Below, one piece after another: positions 1-12,425 of a stretch of 64,000 nucleotides of DNA. The stretch's first letter is position 1; each line of letters begins with the position of its first letter. Made by a program: the position numbers and the translations under genes. Source of the stretch: Channa argus (taxonomy: Eukaryota); NCBI RefSeq assembly GCF_033026475.1, contig NC_090211.1, forward strand, positions 3,849,726-3,913,725, read 5' to 3'. The notes under the pieces are model-generated. The model searched no databases and was not told where the DNA came from. It saw only the letters and a program-made list of their open reading frames with translations.

Positions 1-956
1 ATGGCACATTGAAAAGATCTTTTTTTGGATGTCCAAAGACATTCTGAGTCAAAATACAATTATAGACAATGGAAAATGAAATTATAGCTAGGCAAAATGT
101 AATTACAGATATCTTAAATCACAGTTTTGACAATTGATATATACTTTGCAGATATCTGTAATTTCAATTAAGTCCCTCCAATTAATGCTTCAAAGGTCTT
201 GACAAAGTGATGTTTTTTAACACCTCAGGAATGAGGTTGGGCTGTACGCTCTGCTTCACAGCTGAGAAAAAAATGATTTTCTAAGCTAATCTCAGCTTGT
301 TCCCTAAACCTGTCCCCCTCCCAAAGTGACTTTTTGGTAGAAAATCCTTTTTTTAAAATTGTTGGTCTGGATCAATTAACAGCACAAACAAGCTGTAAAA
401 ACGAGTCTACATTTGGTAAGGGGGGATCACATGACCTGACACCCCCACATCTACCACAGATACTACAAAAACAACAAAACATTTTATAAAATTGATGATC
501 TTTGGTTCGAAATTCTATTTGGCAGGAACTAACTTAGTGCTAACATTAGCCTACTGTGTGTGTGAGTGGGACATTAGCTTGATGTCCATATGGTGACAAA
601 CAGCAAAGGCACAGAAGCTTAACCCACCAATGTCATGCAGGTTATTATTAAGTATTATGTGTGTAATAATCATCCTGCTGAGCAACTGATCCTGGTGCTG
701 TTTGGATACTAACTGCTCTGATTAGTTCCACTCCGTAAATGGGTGTTTCTTGAACTTTTACCTCTTTACATTGTTTTTCAGATTATAAAACTAGTCAAAT
801 ATTTGCTAAACGTCTATTACCTGATCCACCACCTCCTTCTACTTTTCACATGTACTTTACCCACTACAACTCACCTGAAACCACCTGACAGGAAGACACT
901 GAAAACATGACAGTCTACAGTGTATCAGGGATCAAATGAGATCCTGAAAGGGAAAA

Positions 957-1060
957 ATGAGACCATTCTCCATGAAATGCACCTTTCTCCTACTGGGAAC
1001 CTGCTGTTTCATCATTTTTACTTTTTTGTACGGACTGTGCAACAAGCTGATCTCCAACAG
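957..1060 (+). CDS. st6galnac2-like: Gene A exon 1 (ST6GalNAc-I/II-like sialyltransferase): ATG, cytoplasmic tail and signal-anchor transmembrane segment MRPFSMKCTFLLLGTCCFIIFTFLYGLCNKLISN; ends in phase 2 at donor ag|gtaggt
   Basis: ATG in reasonable context (aaaaATGa). A hydrophobic stretch follows a short N-terminus, as expected for a type II Golgi glycosyltransferase. Canonical GTAGGT donor. Paralogous exon at 12426 has the same donor and flanking intron sequence. Confidence 0.8.
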
Positions 1061-1342
1061 GTAGGTGGGCTGTAATATCACTCCAGAGTTTGGGTTAGTA
1101 ACCTGAACCGGAAAATATTTGTTTAACACTAGACTAAATGTTTATAATAATGTTTATAGGAAAATAATGTGAGCCACAAATGGCAAATAAAACATATGAA
1201 GCTTCGTACTAAGAACCCAATCTTAGTAGATTAGAAATAATTATAATATTAAAGGTGATTTCTTATATGAATTACCTTTATCAGATTTACTGTCTTATTT
1301 ACAAATCAAAGTTAAACTAAGTATATTTGTATAATTTAACTG

Positions 1343-1550
1343 GCTGAAAGGTCCCTGGGTTGAATCCAACAGCTGACTGCAGTCTTTCTGTGTGGAGTTT
1401 GCATGTTCTCCCTTGGTTTGTGTGGGCTTCCTCCATTACGTCAGTTTCCTCCCACAGTCCCAAAACGTGCATTTTAGGTTAATTGGTGACCCTGAAATTG
1501 CCTTTAGGTGTCAGTGAGTCTGTCTGTTTGTGTACGTCGTCCATAAAGAG
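1343..1550 (+). mobile_element. Fish SINE copy (family B: core tgtgtggagtttgcatgttctcc...gtttcctcccaca...gttaggttaattggtgac...aaattgcc) in intron 1 of gene A
   Basis: The same core is found at 37598..37925 (+) and 61303..61586 (-). Confidence 0.7.
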
Positions 1551-1608
1551 ACTTTAATGTTATGGCTGTAAGTTTTACCGGAGATGTCTGACGGTGTTGT
1601 CATGACAG

Positions 1609-1699
1609 TGAGCAGACAGAAGGTGGCAGCATCAAACCTCTAAGTGAAGATCAGGTGAACTGGACAATCATCTCAGCAGCACAACCAGAAGAAGACACG
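1609..1699 (+). CDS. st6galnac2-like: Gene A exon 2 (stem region, SEQTEGGSIKPLSEDQVNWTIISAAQPEEDT); acceptor acag|, donor acg|gtgagt
   Basis: Open in the phase demanded by exon 1 (phase 2 in, phase 0 out). GTGAGT donor. The 3' end aligns to the paralogous exon at 12918..12981. Confidence 0.65.
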
Positions 1700-2656
1700 G
1701 TGAGTGTTTCTTTTCTTTTTCTGCGGTGGATGCAGCTGCTTTCTAGCATCCAACTGTTTTGCCCTCTGACAATGTACGTAATGACAAATAAGTGAATTAC
1801 AGAAAAGCACATGCCAAGTAAATGGTAAAGGCAAATACTACTTAAAAATGGAAAAAGTACATTATATACAAAATGAACACAGTGCAGCTGATGCTTTAGT
1901 TAAAGTTACCTCAAAACCTCTGCTGACACTGACGTAGCTCCTAGGATCACGTGTATTAATACTGATTTGTCATAATTAAGACTATTAAGGCCCAACATGC
2001 AGATCATCTCAAACATGTGGACTGGGTGCATGTGTAGAAAGGGGTCTACTTTATGTACTTACTATAGATCAATGTTTCCTCCAGAACCTTCAAAGTTCCA
2101 GTGATGGCTCTGGCTTATTAAAGCTGCTCTTATTACAATATTGACATTCATTTATGTAAAAGTTTGTCTCGGTGCTGCTAATGCAGCTTGTTTTCATGAA
2201 TCCCACTTTAGCAAATTTCACCTAGAATGTGATTAGACTTAAAGTAAACAAAGCCAAAAATGCAGCTGAGGCTCATAAAATACTTCAACAGTTCCGCTAG
2301 TCTTTTAAAGTAACAGCGTATTTTAGACAAATTTGACGGTTTCTGTGTTTTCTGAGTTGAGACAGAGGGAGATCCTCCATCCTACAAACAGCACTGTAAT
2401 TGTTGCTTTGCAAAAGATGCATAGTTACAAACATGAACCGTATAGTCTAATTTTCAGAAGAGTTTATGTAAGAGTTTGGATGAAAAGACTAACAGAACAA
2501 ACACAAAGAGCCTGTAATAACGATCAAAACAGACATCCACACATAAAAATGGATATTTCTAATCAGAACAACTTCCGAAACCAGAACCATACAGTGCCTT
2601 TAAATAACTGGAAATCAGACTTTTCCCTTTCCGTCATGTTGAAACAGACGCTGCAG

Positions 2657-2828
2657 ATAGAAGCTTCTTGTTCTCTGAGGAAGGCAGTGAGAAACGATCC
2701 TCTCTTCAGGAAGAGCTTCAGGTTCTCGGTACCAGTCCTTCAGTGGATGGGAAGCTTCAACAAACCTACCTGGGAAAATCTGAAGAATGACGCACCTCCA
2801 TATGGCTGGAAGGGACTTCCTATTGATG
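2657..2828 (+). CDS. st6galnac2-like: Gene A exon 3 (stem, ...FRFSVPVLQWMGSFNKPTWENLKNDAPPYGWKGLPID)
   Basis: Acceptor ctgcag|ata, donor gatg|gtacac. By recall the peptide aligns with the human ST6GALNAC2 stem (FNLSIPVLLWGDLFTPALWDRLSQHKAPYGWRGLS). Near-identical paralogous exon at 14068..14239. Confidence 0.8.
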
Positions 2829-3173
2829 GTACACTGCAGGGCCCTGATCTTAATACGCTGATAACTCTGTTATCCTGGTCTGACTGTTAACAATTTAGGA
2901 ATTGTTGTCACACACAAATCCAGGCAATCCAATCCAAACCTAAAGCCAAAATAACACGAACTGGGAATCAGCTTGTAAAACTTGAAAATGCACTGGGAAA
3001 AACTATTAAGACTCGCAGTCTGTCTCACTGCTGCATTACTGTTGTCACTCCATACACCAAACCTAAGACACACGCAAGTGTCATCATGGGCTCTTCTATA
3101 CACAGTAAGTGAAGGTTCATTTACAGCTTGCGATCGGATCTGTAGTTCAGGAAACTCTCTGTTTCTTCTCCAG

Positions 3174-3327
3174 TTGTCGAAACGACCCTCTCCCTCCTCA
3201 ACAGCTCCCGGCTCGTTCAGCGTGGCTTACCTGACAGGTGTGTTCGCTGTGCTGTCGTGGGAAATGGAGGCATCCTCCGAGGATCCAAACAGGGAAAGAA
3301 CATTGACAGCCACGACTTTGTCTTCAG
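3174..3327 (+). CDS. st6galnac2-like: Gene A exon 4: sialylmotif L ([52 protein letters not shown])
   Basis: Carries the L-motif C[12 protein letters not shown]...ID.HD.VFR that defines sialyltransferase family GT29. Acceptor tctccag|, donor cag|gtgagac. Phase is consistent with exons 3 and 5. Confidence 0.9.
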
Positions 3328-4324
3328 GTGAGACTAAAGACACTTGGAGCCTCCAGACATTTACACAGCGCTCTTTATACATCATAGCATAGTTAAATTA
3401 AATAAGTTATTAGGCCAGTAACTAAAATTAAATAGTGCCACCGAATGAAAACCGATTTGGCAAAAGTGCATTTTGTTTTGCAGAATTGCAGATGTTATAT
3501 TAAATAACCTTTTTAAATTGTATAAACTCTTTACAATTTTATCAGTTTCAAGTTCTACAATCATAAGTTAATTTGAATTGTACAATTGTACGATTGTTTT
3601 TGAAACTCGTCACATGATTTAGAAATGATAACTGACTCTTACTAAGCACAGAAAGCAGATCTGAGTTAAATGAACAAGATAAATTAAGAAAAGTAAATTG
3701 GGATGGAGTTTCTAACTTGGATTAAAGGATGACACAAGGCTCAGAGCTCAGATTTCATATTTGTGAGGATGAAACATGTCACCTGGTACAGAGCTGTTTA
3801 CATTTCACTTTTCCCTGATGTGGTTTTAATAATTTTTGAAAAGGTTGTTGGCACAGACAAAGAAACTAAATTAGTTTGAAAGAACGGATGAAAATTCTAG
3901 TTAGTGGATGCAATTCTTTGCTGGTTTTAGTCTCTGTATTGGAAAAGCTGAAAAACAAGTGACCTCATGCTTTAAGCTGACAAATAAAATGTTTCTAAAT
4001 TGAAAAACTGAAATAATTACCATTTCTGAACTTTGTTGCTTTGTTGAGTTTCGTTAACTCTTATCATTATTATTTTCCACTAAAGTGAAAAAATTAAATT
4101 GCCCAATGTTTCATATTTAGGGTAACTAGGTTTAATTTAAATGGAGAGTTTAAAAGTCTATTCAAATTGAGATCATTACTGCAACATTACTGGTAAAACC
4201 CACGACCCAAAAAACTTAGTAAACTTTAGTATATTAAATTAGTTATAGTTGAAGGCACATTTTGTGTTTTACTATTATCATTCATTTTTGGTTTAAAACT
4301 TACCACTATTTCCTTGATCTCCAG

Positions 4325-4463
4325 GGTGAATGGAGCAGTGATCAGCGGTTTTGAAGAAGATGTGGGTACAAAGATTTCTTTCTATGGTTTTACTGTAAAC
4401 ACCATGACACATGCCCTCAGATGGTACAAAAAGGACGGTTTTACCAAAGTCCCTCAGGGCCCG
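4325..4463 (+). CDS. st6galnac2-like: Gene A exon 5 ([47 protein letters not shown])
   Basis: Matches the human ST6GALNAC2 segment [28 protein letters not shown] (recalled). Acceptor ctccag|, donor ccg|gtgag. Confidence 0.9.
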
Positions 4464-4561
4464 GTGAGAAATATTGAAACAAAGTGCTGAGATGTTTTAT
4501 TCTCCTCGTCCGAGTTTATTTCTCTCTGACTGACTGTAATTTGTAATTTCTTCCTGTGCAG

Positions 4562-4665
4562 GACATAAAATACATCTTCATCCCTTCAGATCTCAGAGAT
4601 TATGTGATGTTGGACGCTGCTCTTCAGGGCCGGACTGTCCCATCAGGCAGAGACAAGGGGGACAA
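4562..4665 (+). CDS. st6galnac2-like: Gene A exon 6 ([34 protein letters not shown])
   Basis: Matches the human DLQYIFIPSDIRDYVML...DKGD (recalled). Acceptor gtgcag|, donor aa|gtgagc. Ends in phase 2. Confidence 0.9.
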
Positions 4666-5095
4666 GTGAGCTTCTTACATTCAGCAGCTGCAAAGAGATC
4701 AATGATTATTTATCGAACTTAACCCAAAATGAAGAACCAACATATAAATGTAGACTTTACTGCTTATAATTACATCATATCAAATATTAATCTATATTCC
4801 AAACTTCAGAGCATCAACAAGGTAACAAGTTTAACATTTATGTAAACAATAACAGTCTAAATTGAATCACATTCACTTTTTAACCAGACTGCCTGATGGT
4901 AGGTGGATATTTTCCGCTAATTTAAGATAATGTAAGTATTTCCTCCCTCTTACTCTCTGTCATGTAACTCTGTTCATGTCTGTTCTTGGCGTGTAGGATG
5001 GTGAAGGCCCTCAAGATTTTGTGAGCTTTCTTTATCACGAGGTTATAATTTTAGTTGCTATTGTTGTTTATCCACATTTTGTTTTTCATCAACAG

Positions 5096-5176
5096 ACCCT
5101 GGAATTATTTTGGCCACAAAACACCTGACAGCTTCAAGATTCTCCACCCCACATTTATTGCCTATGTGACAAAAAG
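5096..5176 (+). CDS. st6galnac2-like: Gene A exon 7 (KPWNYFGHKTPDSFKILHPTFIAYVTK)
   Basis: Acceptor caacag|, donor aag|gtaaag. Frame is open and consistent with neighbouring exons. Similar to the human FKLLHPDFISYLTERF segment (recalled). Confidence 0.85.
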
Positions 5177-5294
5177 GTAAAGGACCAGAGTTTTAGTTTC
5201 TTTTTTTTTCTTTTTTATTTAAACTGAGCTCAGGCCTCTGAGTATATGACAACTTATTATTGTTGACTGAGTTCTTTTTTTTCCCATTTGTCAG

Positions 5295-5397
5295 CTTCCT
5301 TCATTCTCCTCAGCTGACCGACGTCAGGACTCGCCACCTGTACATGCCAAGCACTGGAGCTCTGATGCTGCTGACCGCCTTACACACCTGTGACCAG
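5295..5397 (+). CDS. st6galnac2-like: Gene A exon 8: sialylmotif S N-terminal half ([35 protein letters not shown])
   Basis: [19 protein letters not shown] is identical to the recalled human ST6GALNAC2 S-motif. Acceptor tgtcag|, donor cag|gtgatg. Confidence 0.9.
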
Positions 5398-5444
5398 GTG
5401 ATGTGTGACCACACAAACACACATTCCCAACTTTTTGGAGATGT

Positions 5445-5600
5445 GTTGCTGTCATCAAATTAAAAGTGATCTAATATTTTCCATGAAATGGCAAATATCT
5501 CAGTTTCAACATCTGATATGTTGTTGATGAGATTTGCATTCAATTTTTATTTAAGTTTACACATTCTCCCAACTTTTTTGGAATTGGGGTTCTAACTAGT
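5445..5600 (+). mobile_element. Solo terminal-repeat fragment of a Tc1-like DNA transposon in intron 8 of gene A. No counterpart in the gene B intron.
   Basis: About 150 bp similar to both ends of the Tc1-like element at 57682..59150 (ccatgaaatggcaaatatctcagtttcaacatctgat...ttttggaattggggtt). Confidence 0.6.
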
Positions 5601-5794
5601 TTATTTAATTTATTGATATAATTAAAATATCAACTTAGAACCTGTGACTACTTACATTTGATCTTTTGAAAATTGTAAACCTCACAACAGCCCTTAACAC
5701 TGATTACTGTCCTGTAGATGTCCCGTGTTTGCAAGCGCAAACCGGTTGGCACTTGAATCACTGAAGCACATTCTTTTTGTCTTCTACCCTACAG

Positions 5795-5974
5795 GTTTCT
5801 GCTTATGGCTTCATCACCAGCAACTACGCAGCATTCTCCGATCATTACTATGACTCCAAAAATCAGCCCCTAATATTCTACGCCAACCACGACCTTCGCA
5901 TGGAGAGCCATCTGTGGGAGGCTCTGCACCTCCGGAAGGTCATCAAGTTGCAAAGAAGGAACAAGGGAGACTGA
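5795..5974 (+). CDS. st6galnac2-like: Gene A exon 9 (last): [59 protein letters not shown], stop TGA at 5972..5974
   Basis: Supported by the ORF track entry 5777..5974. Carries the VS/motif III region HYYD and the conserved [11 protein letters not shown]. Acceptor ctacag|. Confidence 0.9.
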   Translation, partial: VSAYGFITSNYAAFSDHYYDSKNQPLIFYANHDLRMESHLWEALHLRKVIKLQRRNKGD

Positions 5975-7989
5975 GAGAGGACATATGATGGATTTAAATG
6001 AGACTGGAATGGAAGTAGCTCTGTTCTATATTTGACATATTTCAATTTCTATATGTTTTACTCGGTGAATATGTCTAGAATATGATGGTGTAACATGTAG
6101 TTGTTACACCTTGCTCATTTAAATTTGTTTAATAATTTGCTGAATATTAACATCAAATGGTTTGAATTAAGGCCTTTTGTTTTACTCAATTTTTATAATG
6201 CAGGTGTTAGGTGTTAAAATTAAGACGTGTCCTGTGTAAAATGTAAAGCTGTTCAAATCGGAATGCAATGATCTGCAAGTCATTGAAACCTATGTTAGGT
6301 TGTAAATAGTACAAAGACAACGTATAAAATCTTGACAGTAAGAAAATGTCATTGTTTTTTGTAAAATATATGCCGATTTTAAATTTGATGCCAACAACAT
6401 GTCTCTAAAGCAGATTCCATTATTTTGACTGTGTCATTTCCATTTCCTGCCTCCCTGACTTTTATTTCTGGCTTTAAATTCAAATGAGCAAATATATTAT
6501 AGAAAACAATCCAATTCTTATGTTCAACATTTTGATAGCAGAAACTAACAGAAATTATGATCATATGATGTATTTTGTATATAATGTATTTGCAATTGTA
6601 ACTAAATGTCCTTCTGGTTTTAAATATACAGTATAAGTTTTTATATATTTTGAAAGATGATTGTGATCAACAGTCTATAGACGTTTGTCACCAACTCTGC
6701 AGTTCTACTGAGCCTTTTAACTTCATTCAGGTCTTTAAGGTTTGTTCTGTCATGTTTCCATGGGGACAAAACGGGTTAAATAAAATCGGATATTGTCAGC
6801 TTTTACTTCTCCAATGCTCACATGTGCACTAACTCTTCCATTATCATAAAACCAGTCAGTGGAAAAGGTTTTTCTCATTGCAAATATATTACATGACCAA
6901 TTAACAATAGGTCTCAAATCTACACTGAACATCTACCTGTTAATATTTGGACTACATAATGTTCATATGTCCTCCAGCCTGATGTCAATCCCAGGGCACT
7001 ATTTTGATACTATGGCTGTCAGATGAGTACACTAGAAACCCTGGGCCCTCAATATTTGACTCCTAATGCAGTACAGAAAGCCATAAGTTCATTTGGTTGG
7101 TACAACAAGACACATGACTCCAGTGGGAGAAGCTGTGCACTTGTCCAAGATTGATCCACAACTTTCGATCCACAACTTTCAACACTGTATGCATTTGATC
7201 TTTTCACTTACGCTGAGATTTTGGTGCCAAACCTATTGGTTTCTGTTTTCAAAGTCAGCCAGACCGTGATGTTTCCACAACCAACCCAGCATTTCAGGTG
7301 CCACCACTCCAGAGGCGCTTCTGAATATTCTGAAAGGACACAGCTTTAAAATCAGCCCCTCGACTTCTCAGTTTACACTGACATAATGTCCTTCACCTGA
7401 TATCATTGACAACAGATATTATAGTGGAAATAATGGAATATTCTTTACTAATGTGTCAATCTGCTCTATCTAGTGCCTTATTGTTCTTTCTTTTTGCCTA
7501 TCATGTTCAAATTTGCCCTTTGTCATCAGTATATTTGTTTTTCTTTGTTTTTGAATGGGAGCTGTTTTTCATCAGCAGAAAGACACAAAACTAAATACTT
7601 TTCTTCACTGCATCTAAAACAAATATAACATTAGACATTTCACATTAAAGACAGTCGTTTTATTACACCATCCAGTGCAGGCAGGCATGAACTTGGCCCC
7701 ACCCCTAACTAAGCGAATCACCTTTATCAGGTACAAGACTCCCATCATAGATGCCGGGACCACAGACCCGACAGCAGCTCACCACGAATGACCTATGGAG
7801 ATTTATTTGACACATTAGGTTCCCAAAAGAAAATTCACGGAGACGCCGGTGTCTTCTTTGTGTCCCTTCTCCGTGCGAAAAACTGACTTTTAAGAAGAAA
7901 CCAGGTATGTTGAGACACTTTTTTTTGTAGTCTATGCTTGTTTTTGCCTGACCTGGTGTTGGTTAATGACTTTAATGTAGTTCATGGTT

Positions 7990-8135
7990 TGTTGGCCACT
8001 CTTCCTGCGCAAGACACTGGATCCCCAACAGCCCATCCCCGCGCAGCACCGTTGCCAAGCCCCGCAGAAATTGGGGAGGGCACCCGGCTTGAAAAGTGTG
8101 CCAACCCTGAACTCAAAGGATAAGCTGAAAAAACA
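7990..8135 (+). mobile_element. SINE family A, 3' partial (core ...cccaacagcccat.ccc...gaaattgggg.gggc...tgtgccaa...ccctgaactca..ggataagc)
   Basis: Homologous to 47018..47280. Forms a tail-to-tail inverted pair with the next element. Confidence 0.6.
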
Positions 8136-8196
8136 AGTCTTTTGCAGGTGAACCTTTTATTTATGTACAGTTTTGAGTTGTTGTTGTTTTTTGTTT

Positions 8197-8425
8197 GTTT
8201 GTCCGCATATTGATTTGGCACAGTTTTTACGCGGATGTCCTTCCTGACGCAACCCTCCTCAATTTCTACCGGGCTTGGACCAGCGCTGCACAGATGGGGA
8301 GGGGAATGGGCTGTTAGGGGTTCAGTGTCTTGCCCAGAGACACTTCGAAGTATAGCTGGGGCCGGGGATCGAACCACTGACCCTATGCCTTTACTGCCTC
8401 TACTGCCAGAGTAGGACGGGCTTCT
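8197..8425 (-). mobile_element. SINE family A copy, minus orientation (tRNA-derived head ggggccggggatcgaaccactgaccctatg on the reverse strand)
   Basis: Near-identical to 44110..44412 (-) and, on the opposite strand, to 47018..47280 (+). Confidence 0.7.
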
Positions 8426-8530
8426 TTCTGAGACTTGCGTCACAGAGTTGTTTCACAAGATAAGTTAGTTAGAAAAACATCTTCTCAGGTGTTGTTGCTC
8501 CATAACCAACATTTGCTCATTTGAATTATT

Positions 8531-8533
8531 ACC

Positions 8534-8615
<82 letters not shown>

Positions 8616-8618
8616 ACG
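8531..8618. repeat. (CA)n microsatellite, about 40 units with a few interruptions near the 3' end
   Basis: Direct reading. The spurious Cys-Val ORF at 8465..8677 derives from it. Confidence 0.95.
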
Positions 8619-10739
8619 GGATTTTCACACACACGGGTGAATATGTGACTTAGACTGCAGAGCTTAGATTTATTCACCTTGTTCCCCTAGCAGCTACCTT
8701 GTCCCTATCACTTTTTTTCAGACAGTAACATTTGGCTCAACATTGGTTTGGAGTTGTGTGATTTGTTTAGAGCTGATAACTGTAACGTGTGAGCCATGTT
8801 TACACACTCTGTGTACAGGTGAGGCTCTGTCTCTAGAAACCAGTGGCCCACAGGGACAGGAGGCATAAGCTGTAAAATGGCACTTGACATAACACACAGT
8901 GACGGTGGTTGAGTGGTGAATGATTGGCCTAAAAAACGGTGCAAAAGTTTCCTTTTTGGACATAAATGTGGTCAGAACTTTAGTATTGATCACTTACTTT
9001 CAGGCTGTTGAGGTGGTGCAACAGTATAAATATTTGACTGTAACATTGACTCAGTGTGTTCAAAGGCCCACCAACATATGTGTTTTCATTGATACTACTT
9101 ATATGAAAAAGGTTTTATTCTTGTTGTATTAAATCCATTTTAACATTTTCTTTTATTTTCTGATTTGCGGCTCTTAATTTGAAAATCCAAAAAGGTTGGA
9201 GAATATTGCGAGGCTGTGCAGTCAAGTGTCCGGCACAAATTTTGATGAACTTCCAAGCAGAGCTTTAAAGCCGATGACAGCCACCCTCTTTTTGCAAAAC
9301 ATAAGTTACTTCCCCTTGAGCAGAGAATTTCTTTGCCAAAAGGTAGAATAAATAGATTTAAGAATTAATTTGTCCTGGCTACCGTTGCCCTCCTGGACAG
9401 CATGACTTAACGTTCACGCTCACTCTCTGTGATGTTTTTATTTGGATTGTAACTGTTATGTTACACAACCTGTTTTGTAGCCCAGTGTGATCAACTGTAC
9501 TTGTGATGCTCCATCTTTATAGATACAAGTGTCATTCAGGGACAGTGGACACAAAGTGTAGATTTACAAAATTGTACCTTAAGTCACTAGACAATTACTG
9601 TGGTCATATATGTAAAACACTGAACAGTAGAAGTAGAGTAGTAGAAGAACGATTAACAGGTTATGTGTGTAATGCAAGTGGCACTGTGGGTGGCTGGATT
9701 GATTAAAATAGGTGAAAAGATGTCCGGTGTCAGAGTCCCAGTCATCATGCAGAAATTATATCATTTACAGAATTTATAAACAACTGTTGAGTCTGTTTTG
9801 AAATACTGTGTTTTCAGAAAATCTGAAAGCTAATTAAACCATTAAAATTGCTATAGTTGCTTGTGAATTTCCTCTTACAGAGCCTGGCGGCCACTTATCC
9901 AGGTGTTTCCCCACCTGTCAACTTACCAATATACACAACCGCCACTCACTGACTGATCACTCTTTGTCTATAAAGCATCCACATTCTTTCAGTCATTTGG
10001 CAGGTTATTCTTTTAGAACCCGTATCACTGGGTTCAGCCTGTGCCAGTATTTCCTATCTGATCATTAAATACCTGTACAGTTTATTTCCTTGTCTAGTCT
10101 GGCTGTCTGCCTACAGTAAAACTTGCCACGTCTGTCTCCACAGCACAGTGATAGGACACAGTGTCCTGGAAAGTGATTCTCTATAGTGTTGGTGGAAAAA
10201 TTGTTGGATACAGCATAAACCCGGAGAAATCTCAATTTGTTTGCATGCTTTTCAGTCAATTGCAATAAGGCACTTGAACCCTGCATGGATGCATTAATGA
10301 AGTGACCTCCCATGCACAGGCCCAGGGACAAAAAACTCGGACAATACAATTCATATTTCTTGTTTGAAAGAGCTCAGCTAAAGGAACTGGCGGGTGTTTA
10401 AGGAAGCAGCTTTAACAAACTCTGTGGTTAACGTGACTAATCGGAGAGAAAAAAAGCCTCATCATTGGAGCTAAATAAATGTAAATCATTTATTCATCAA
10501 TCATCATAGTAACGTCATAGTAATGTGTGACATTATTGTAGATTTATCTTCAAAAAAAAGCAAATTTAATAAAAAGAACAGAGACTGCAAACTAAGGTAT
10601 CATTCTTTCATTAGTAAGTAGACATGGATTGTCCTAACAGACAATAAATCAGACAATGGCATTTAAGATTCAAACGACTGATAAATGATTATGACTCTGA
10701 TTTGAGTAAGGGAGATAGAACTGTCCCCTGTGAAGCAGC

Positions 10740-11160
10740 TGGGTTGCAGATTGCAGTGTCAGGCCCACAGCTGTGCAGCTGGAAACAGTGGGAGCAGCCA
10801 GTGACATAACCTATAATGCCAGAAACAATGGGGGTGTTTCAGTATGCCCCCAGGCTTGGTCAGGTGGGTGTAGGTGTGGTGGAGCAGATGAGTGATGATA
10901 TCATCCACTTCAAGTTGAGGATGGTCCAGGTGATCTGGACTTGAAGTATGAGTTTGACCAGGGTCCAGACCAGCCTCTCAAAAGCCTTAGAAATGTGTGA
11001 AGAAAGTGCCACTGGTCTGTGGTAATGATGGACAGCATGGAGGGTCTGGATCAGTACAGCTTCGCCTGTCTGTTGGCCCATTTTTTTTAATCCATCCATT
11101 AATCTGAAAGTTAGTAATGAGGTCATTAGGTCACATGTCATTAAGTTACATGACACCTCA
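10740..11160 (-). mobile_element. Degenerate retroelement (LINE-like reverse transcriptase) fragment
   Basis: The minus-strand ORF 10860..11156 contains ...DISKAFERLVWTLVKLILQ..., reminiscent of the RT F-x-D-x-x-KAFD motif region. Weak. Confidence 0.3.
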
Positions 11161-12425
11161 CTATGTTGGACGTGTTGCTATTTGCCTATAACATATAGTC
11201 TATGGTCCTGACATCTTGCTGTTCGTGCTGTTTTGCAGATCTTATGTTATTGGATTCTCATGGTTCCAGGTTCAGTTTCATTTACACATAAACATTTAAA
11301 TCAAATCAATTTAAAAATTTAGATATTTTTATAAACCAACCACCTGATCCTAAACACCAGCAAGACAAAGTAGTTGGTGATGCTTGTATCCAAAGTGACT
11401 TACGCGTGAGTTATAAGGCAGCAAAAATCTAAGTTAAAGAGAAAACCATCAAAGCAAAGTCCTATCAGAAAAGTGTTCACATTTCATGAGATGCAAGTGC
11501 AAGAAAGAACAGAAAGGTGATATTTATTTATTTATTTTTTTAAGATAGAACAAGTTTAAGTGCATAGGAGAGTGTGGAAGAGTTTTTTTTTTTAATATTG
11601 GGAGTGAGTTTGCTGAGCGTGCAGAGTTTGGTAGCTCGTTCCACCATTGTGGGATGATGCCGCATTTTAGATCATCTGCAAGGGTTTGATTGTGGATACT
11701 GGTAACCCCATTAACAAAGTGTTGCAGTAATCAAGACGGGATACGACCAGCACCTTTAGAATGGGTTGGGTTGTGTATTTAATGATGTAGGGTCTGATCT
11801 TTGTAGAGGGCAAATTTGCCTGGAGACTGAGGAGATGATGTCCATCGATGAGTGGGGACAATCACTGTAGATCCAGTGTTGATGCAGATGTTGTGTAGTG
11901 TTGAAGGTCTATCTGTGAAGATAAGAACTTGTGTGCTGGGAGGGTGGCAACATGGACAGACGGGATGGGACTCAATAGGCTGGTTGAGAGGGCCGGCTCT
12001 GTCCTGGGCTGCCCACTCGATTCCATCGAGGAGGTGGCGGACAGAAGGATATTGGCCAAACTGACATCCATGTGTATGGTTATTATGGGAGAAACATTCA
12101 TGTCTGTTCTGTAACTTTTTTGTGCTGTTGCTCAATGTCTGTTTAGGTGAGGGGTTAGAGCAAATATCTTATCTGATTAATGTGTGGTGCATAACTGATG
12201 CTTGTCTCTTCTCTGCTGGAACCCTGGAATTCCCCCGTTGTGGGATCAATAAAGTCTAATCTTATCTCATCTTCTTTTTTCAAGGACAGTAAATGCTTCC
12301 GTTTTCATTTTTTTCACCTAGTCGACTTCCTCCTGCTGTATTTTCCTGGATTCACCTGAGGACAACGCTTATAATGTGATGATCTATATCAGTGATTGCA
12401 CTGTATGAGTATCTGAAAGGAAAAA

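Noticed and set aside
932-1129. 65-aa minus-strand ORF overlapping gene A exon 1
   Set aside because: It is antisense to a well-supported sialyltransferase signal-anchor exon with a canonical donor. It has no homology and no counterpart at the paralogue.
2333-2890. 185-aa plus-strand ORF around exon 3
   Set aside because: Only the central 172 nt (2657..2828) are conserved with the paralogue and bounded by AG/GT sites. The upstream and downstream extensions are intron read-through.
7982-8443. 153-aa minus-strand ORF
   Set aside because: It lies entirely within two inverted SINE copies (7990..8135 and 8197..8425); the frame stays open because the sequence is GC-rich repeat.
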